Assembly (NCBI GenBank): GCA_038203255.1
Contig: JBBREE010000001.1
Coordinates: forward strand, 31,882 to 95,881
Direction of reading: 5' to 3'
Source of the DNA: Candidatus Moraniibacteriota bacterium
GTDB taxonomy: Bacteria; Patescibacteriota; Minisyncoccia; Moranbacterales; UBA2206
Length of the DNA stretch: 64,000 bases
Shown: piece by piece, positions 60,651 through 64,000 of the stretch
How positions within the stretch are numbered: position 1 is the stretch's first letter
Layout of the letters: every line of letters starts with the position of its first letter
Program-made: the position numbers and the translations under genes
The notes under the pieces: model-generated
Database searches by the model: none
The model's input: only the letters and a program-made list of their open reading frames with translations
Told to the model about the DNA's origin: nothing

Positions 60651-61442
60651 CTAATCAACTTTTCCCCCGACTTTTCCCCAATCAAACCCCCAAGAATCTG
60701 TTTTTCTCCCCGGAGCAATGTCAGAGTGGCCCAGGACATATTTTATCTTATACTCACTCTTCAAATAATTCAAGAGACTTTTGAGAGCCGAGTATTGAGC
60801 GCTATTCGGACTTTCACTTTCTGTTTCCACAATTTCAATGCCCAGTGAAAAATCATTGACGTTCGTCCGACCGTCCGGCACTTTGGAAACTCCGGCGTGA
60901 TAGGCGATATTTTGATCTTTCACTAGGCGGCTTACTTTCCCGGCTCTATCAATGATATAGTGAGGAGAAACCCCGGCCGGTTTGTATTCTTTGTTAATGA
61001 TATCATCCAAATTATGCTCGTCACTCCCAACGGCATTATACGATGAATGAATGATAATTGTGTCAATCTTCCTCCCACTGGACGTCGCAAACCCCCAACT
61101 AACCAGGCGGTCGGTTATTTTTAATTTTGCAGGCTCTGTAGGTGCTGTAGATGTTGTAGGTGTTTTGAGTTGGGCGGATGTGCTACCTGCAATGCTTTGT
61201 GCTTTAGAGGTCTCTGTAGAGGACTCTATGGGGTCCTCTATTTTTTGCACATTATCAATTTTTTGTTCATTATTATTAGTATTATTGTTCATATCGTTCG
61301 CCTGTTCGTTCGCATTATTCACATCATTTCCGCTGTTAAGACTAATTTCAGTTTTTTTAGAAGCACCCCCTAAAGAACAGCCGGAAAAAAGCAGAGTGAT
61401 TAAAATAATGACCAGAAATTTAAGTTTAAAATATTTTTGCAT
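60651..61442 (-). CDS. N-acetylmuramoyl-L-alanine amidase (Amidase_2/AmpD-like) lipoprotein
   Basis: Lipobox FSGC, N/T-rich linker, IIIHS, SPHY, AYHAG, SLGIE, GHSDIAPGRKTD. Confidence 0.9.
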   Translation of the reverse strand: MQKYFKLKFLVIILITLLFSGCSLGGASKKTEISLNSGNDVNNANEQANDMNNNTNNNEQKIDNVQKIEDPIESSTETSKAQSIAGSTSAQLKTPTTSTAPTEPAKLKITDRLVSWGFATSSGRKIDTIIIHSSYNAVGSDEHNLDDIINKEYKPAGVSPHYIIDRAGKVSRLVKDQNIAYHAGVSKVPDGRTNVNDFSLGIEIVETESESPNSAQYSALKSLLNYLKSEYKIKYVLGHSDIAPGRKTDSWGFDWGKVGGKVD

Positions 61443-61527
61443 AGTTCTATTCTAGCATAAAAAATTATCCCCGACATTTTTAATCTTCCCATAAGAAAAA
61501 GCTTCCAATTTGGAAGCTTTTTCTTTT

Positions 61528-61602
61528 TGGAGCGGGTAGGGGGAATCGAACCCCCCTCCTCAGCTTGGAAGGCTGATATAATAGCCACTATACGACACCC
61601 GC
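61528..61602 (-). tRNA. tRNA-Gly(TCC), CCA encoded
   Basis: GCGGGTG/TACCCGC acceptor, TCAGC-CTTCCAA-GCTGA, GGTTCGATTCC. Confidence 0.96.
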
Positions 61603-61693
61603 ATATTTTCTTTACTTCTAGAATTCTAAACGAGAAACAAAAAATTGTCCAGCGCTGAAAAATCAGGACAACTTTTGGCTAAAATTTTATCCA

Positions 61694-62092
61694 CTATTCC
61701 TTTTCTTCAAACCTCAGCGCCACGCCGTTCATACAATATCTTTTGCCGGTCGGAGGCGGACCATCAGGGAAGACATGCCCGAGATGAGAGTCACAGCGAG
61801 CACAAAGAACTTCTGTCCTCAAAGTCCCGGCGCTCCAATCCTCTTTTTCCTCCAAATTTTCCTCGGCGTATGGTTCATTAAAACTCGGCCAGCCGGTGCC
61901 GGAATCAAATTTTTTGCCGAATTTGAAAAGTGGCAAATCGCACGCCGCGCAATGATACGTGCCTTCACCCTTATCTTGTTTCAGCTCGCAAGAAAAAGGA
62001 TGCTCCGTATTTTTCTCGCGCATAACGGAAAACTGCTCCGGCATCAAAATCTCTTCCCACTCTTTTTCAGTTTTTTTAATTTTCTTAATCAT
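61694..62092 (-). CDS. msrB: Peptide-methionine (R)-S-oxide reductase
   Basis: CAAC, KFDSGTGWPSF, HLGHVF.DGP, RYCMN. Confidence 0.97.
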   Translation of the reverse strand: MIKKIKKTEKEWEEILMPEQFSVMREKNTEHPFSCELKQDKGEGTYHCAACDLPLFKFGKKFDSGTGWPSFNEPYAEENLEEKEDWSAGTLRTEVLCARCDSHLGHVFPDGPPPTGKRYCMNGVALRFEEKE

Positions 62093-62146
62093 AAAATTAC
62101 CATTCTATACTCACAGTTTAGTAACAAAATTATATTTGATTTATTA

Positions 62147-62677
62147 TTACTTCAAAAAATTCTGAAAATTTTCGCGCAACTTTTTCAATTTTGGATCAAT
62201 GATAATCTGACAATATGGGGCACTCTGATTCTTTTCATAATATTTCTCATGATAATCTTCAGCCGGATAAAATTCGTCCAACTTTTCTATTTCAGTCACG
62301 ACATTAATCCCATCTTTTTCCATAAGACTAGCGATACTTTCTTCTGCGGTTTTCTTCTGCTCCGGCGAAGTGTAAAAAATCACTGATCGATATTGCGTCC
62401 CCACGTCATTGCCTTGACGGTTTCTGGTCGTCGGATCATGCGTTCCGAAAAAGACGGCTAGGAGATCTGAAAAATCAATCTCGTTAAGATTATATTCAAT
62501 TTCCACGGACTCGGCGTGTCCTGTTTTCCCGCCGGACACTTGTTCATAAGTCGGGTTTTTTACATTTCCCCCGGCGTATCCTGGACGAGCGGACAAAACA
62601 CCCCTTAAGCCTAGAAAGATTGCTTCAGTGCACCAAAAACATCCTCCAGCAAAAACTATTTTTTCATTCTTTTCCAT
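62147..62677 (-). CDS. msrA: Peptide-methionine (S)-S-oxide reductase
   Basis: GGCFWC, GHAE, QGNDVGTQYRS, AEDYH..Y. Confidence 0.97.
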   Translation of the reverse strand: MEKNEKIVFAGGCFWCTEAIFLGLRGVLSARPGYAGGNVKNPTYEQVSGGKTGHAESVEIEYNLNEIDFSDLLAVFFGTHDPTTRNRQGNDVGTQYRSVIFYTSPEQKKTAEESIASLMEKDGINVVTEIEKLDEFYPAEDYHEKYYEKNQSAPYCQIIIDPKLKKLRENFQNFLK

Positions 62678-62742
62678 AATCTTTTTACAACTTAAGACTT
62701 ACACATAATATAATACAAGTATTTTTAGAATTTATTTGAATT

Positions 62743-63465
62743 TTATTCTTGGCCTATCAAGGCGCCGCCATCTATCCAATCTGAAAGTGCTGATTTTGCT
62801 TGGACATAGCCCAGGATATTAATACTCGTTCCTTTATGAACTCCCAAATGAAGATGCTTCCTTTCGCCGTCTGTTTCCGGGCTGTCATTAGCTCCCAAAA
62901 TTCCCAGCTCGTCCCCAGCTGAAATTTTTTCTCCGACTTTAAAATTAATACTAGCCAGTTTCAAATGTCCATAAATTATCGTAACGGACGCTCCGTCCAA
63001 AGAACAACTCTCCACTGCCACCCCACCATAGCCCGAGGCATATTTTTTCAACGCTAATTTTCCATCACAAATAGCTGAAACCGGAACGTCGACATTAAGT
63101 TCCTCCGGAAAAATTTCAAAATCCGTGCCAGTATGATAACCATAAAATTTTTCCGGGCTCACTGGAGAATTTTGCGACGTTATAAAAATCCCAAAAGGTT
63201 TTTTAGTCACCCGTTCGGAAGCACGATTTAGCGGTGGCAGAAAACCACTGGCATTTTTTACCCCTGGATTATTTTGAACCTCCGGGGAAATTTGGGAAGA
63301 ATTATTTTTATCCGCACCGGGATTATTATTTAAATCACTTTGTGGAGGTGCGGGAGTTTGATGAAGAGCCGGCGATGCAGAAAAAAAATAGGCTTTTAAA
63401 ATAACCACTATCGCTAAAACGATCAATGGTAAAAAAAGAAATAGGAATATTTTTCTTTTTGTCAT
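62743..63465 (-). CDS. M23-family peptidase, membrane-anchored
   Basis: HTGTD, YGHL, HLH motifs; N-terminal TM. Confidence 0.9.
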   Translation of the reverse strand: MTKRKIFLFLFLPLIVLAIVVILKAYFFSASPALHQTPAPPQSDLNNNPGADKNNSSQISPEVQNNPGVKNASGFLPPLNRASERVTKKPFGIFITSQNSPVSPEKFYGYHTGTDFEIFPEELNVDVPVSAICDGKLALKKYASGYGGVAVESCSLDGASVTIIYGHLKLASINFKVGEKISAGDELGILGANDSPETDGERKHLHLGVHKGTSINILGYVQAKSALSDWIDGGALIGQE

Positions 63466-63568
63466 GACTTTAAAGTGTTACATCTATAATACACTCCTTT
63501 TTACAAATAATTCTAAAAAGAAGAAATAAAAATCAGCTTTCGCTGATTTTTATACAAAGATGATTTCT

Positions 63569-63642
63569 TGGTCGGAGTGCTGGGAATCGAACCCAGTCAA
63601 TATGCTCCCAAAGCATACGTACTACCGGTATACGACACTCCG
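63569..63642 (-). tRNA. tRNA-Pro(TGG), CCA encoded
   Basis: CGGAGTG/CACTCCG acceptor, TATGC-TTTGGGA-GCATA, GGTTCGATTCC. Confidence 0.95.
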
Positions 63643-63817
63643 TAACTAACTTAAGTATAATATATGTATTCAGCTCTTAAGTCAATAACTAAATTATTTT
63701 AACGGTTTTTATTATAAGTAATGTTACATATATTACCACGTAACAAAAGAATAACAAAATCCCGCTTTTAAACGGGATTTTATTACTGTCTTTTATCTTC
63801 AAAAACAAATCTGAAAA

Positions 63818-64000
63818 TTATTTGATGGCTTCTTTTAAAGCTTTACCTGCTGTAAACTTAGGAATATTCATTGCCGGGATGGTAATTTTTTCCATAGTCT
63901 GAGGGTTAATTCCTATGCGTGGTGCCCTTTTGGAAACACGAAAAGTTCCGAAGCCTGTTAAGGTGACTTTCTCATCATTTTTAAGCGCCTTAGTAACTTC
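63818..64000 (-). CDS. hup: DNA-binding protein HU (partial, 3' part)
   Basis: Own translation ...VTLTGFGTFRVSKRAPRIGINPQT...PKFTAGKALKEAIK*. Confidence 0.95.
   Translation of the reverse strand, partial: EVTKALKNDEKVTLTGFGTFRVSKRAPRIGINPQTMEKITIPAMNIPKFTAGKALKEAIK

Noticed and set aside
61400-61588. 62-aa ORF in the track
   Set aside because: Overlaps tRNA-Gly; translation artefact.
117-62386. Many antisense and nested ORFs (e.g. 117-347, 2864-3286, 15512-16117, 24871-25377, 54417-54908, 61775-62386)
   Set aside because: Shadows of well-supported genes on the other strand or frame, with no motifs.
1-64000. Alternative genetic code (UGA=Gly)
   Set aside because: Long conserved genes are intact under code 11 and TGA ends several genes normally.

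Overview
AT-rich bacterial chromosome segment using the standard genetic code. The gene content (truncated TsaB, Lys-rich RpoD, core genes mostly without Shine-Dalgarno sequences, many small orphans) suggests Patescibacteria/CPR, Parcubacteria-like; this is inference. Core genes: rpsL (partial), site-2 protease, rpmB, ndk, recA, rodZ-like, ftsK at the left; rpoD-dnaG-rpoC-rpoB, amidase, msrAB, tRNA-Gly, tRNA-Pro and HU (partial) at the right. Downstream of tRNA-Asn (9000-9071) is an accessory region of three 2.5-3.5 kb blocks, each ending in a tRNA-3'-end-like site (two are identical 36-mers), with no integrase. Their cargo is a YvcK/CofD-like gene, a divergent PvcA-like gene, a TIM-barrel enzyme, pyrEF, ddl, vanX-like and ykgJ-like genes. 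Fic, AbrB and ISL3/ddl remnants follow. The middle holds stress and transport genes (ECF sigma module, MarR-RND, ars-type operon, CorA, UppP, ferric reductase pair, Csp, ABC-F, SET protein, P3A H+-ATPase, CsoR-CopA). Best candidates for undescribed biology: (1) two homologous leaderless leader-peptide attenuators (NVTxKTF...GxFVFA) at 48-49.6 kb controlling orphan genes; (2) the integrase-less tRNA-anchored cassette array; (3) the isocyanide-synthase-like cassette; (4) a degenerate RelA/SpoT-synthetase-fold protein beside the tRNA. All protein calls come from motif recognition by eye; no searches were run.
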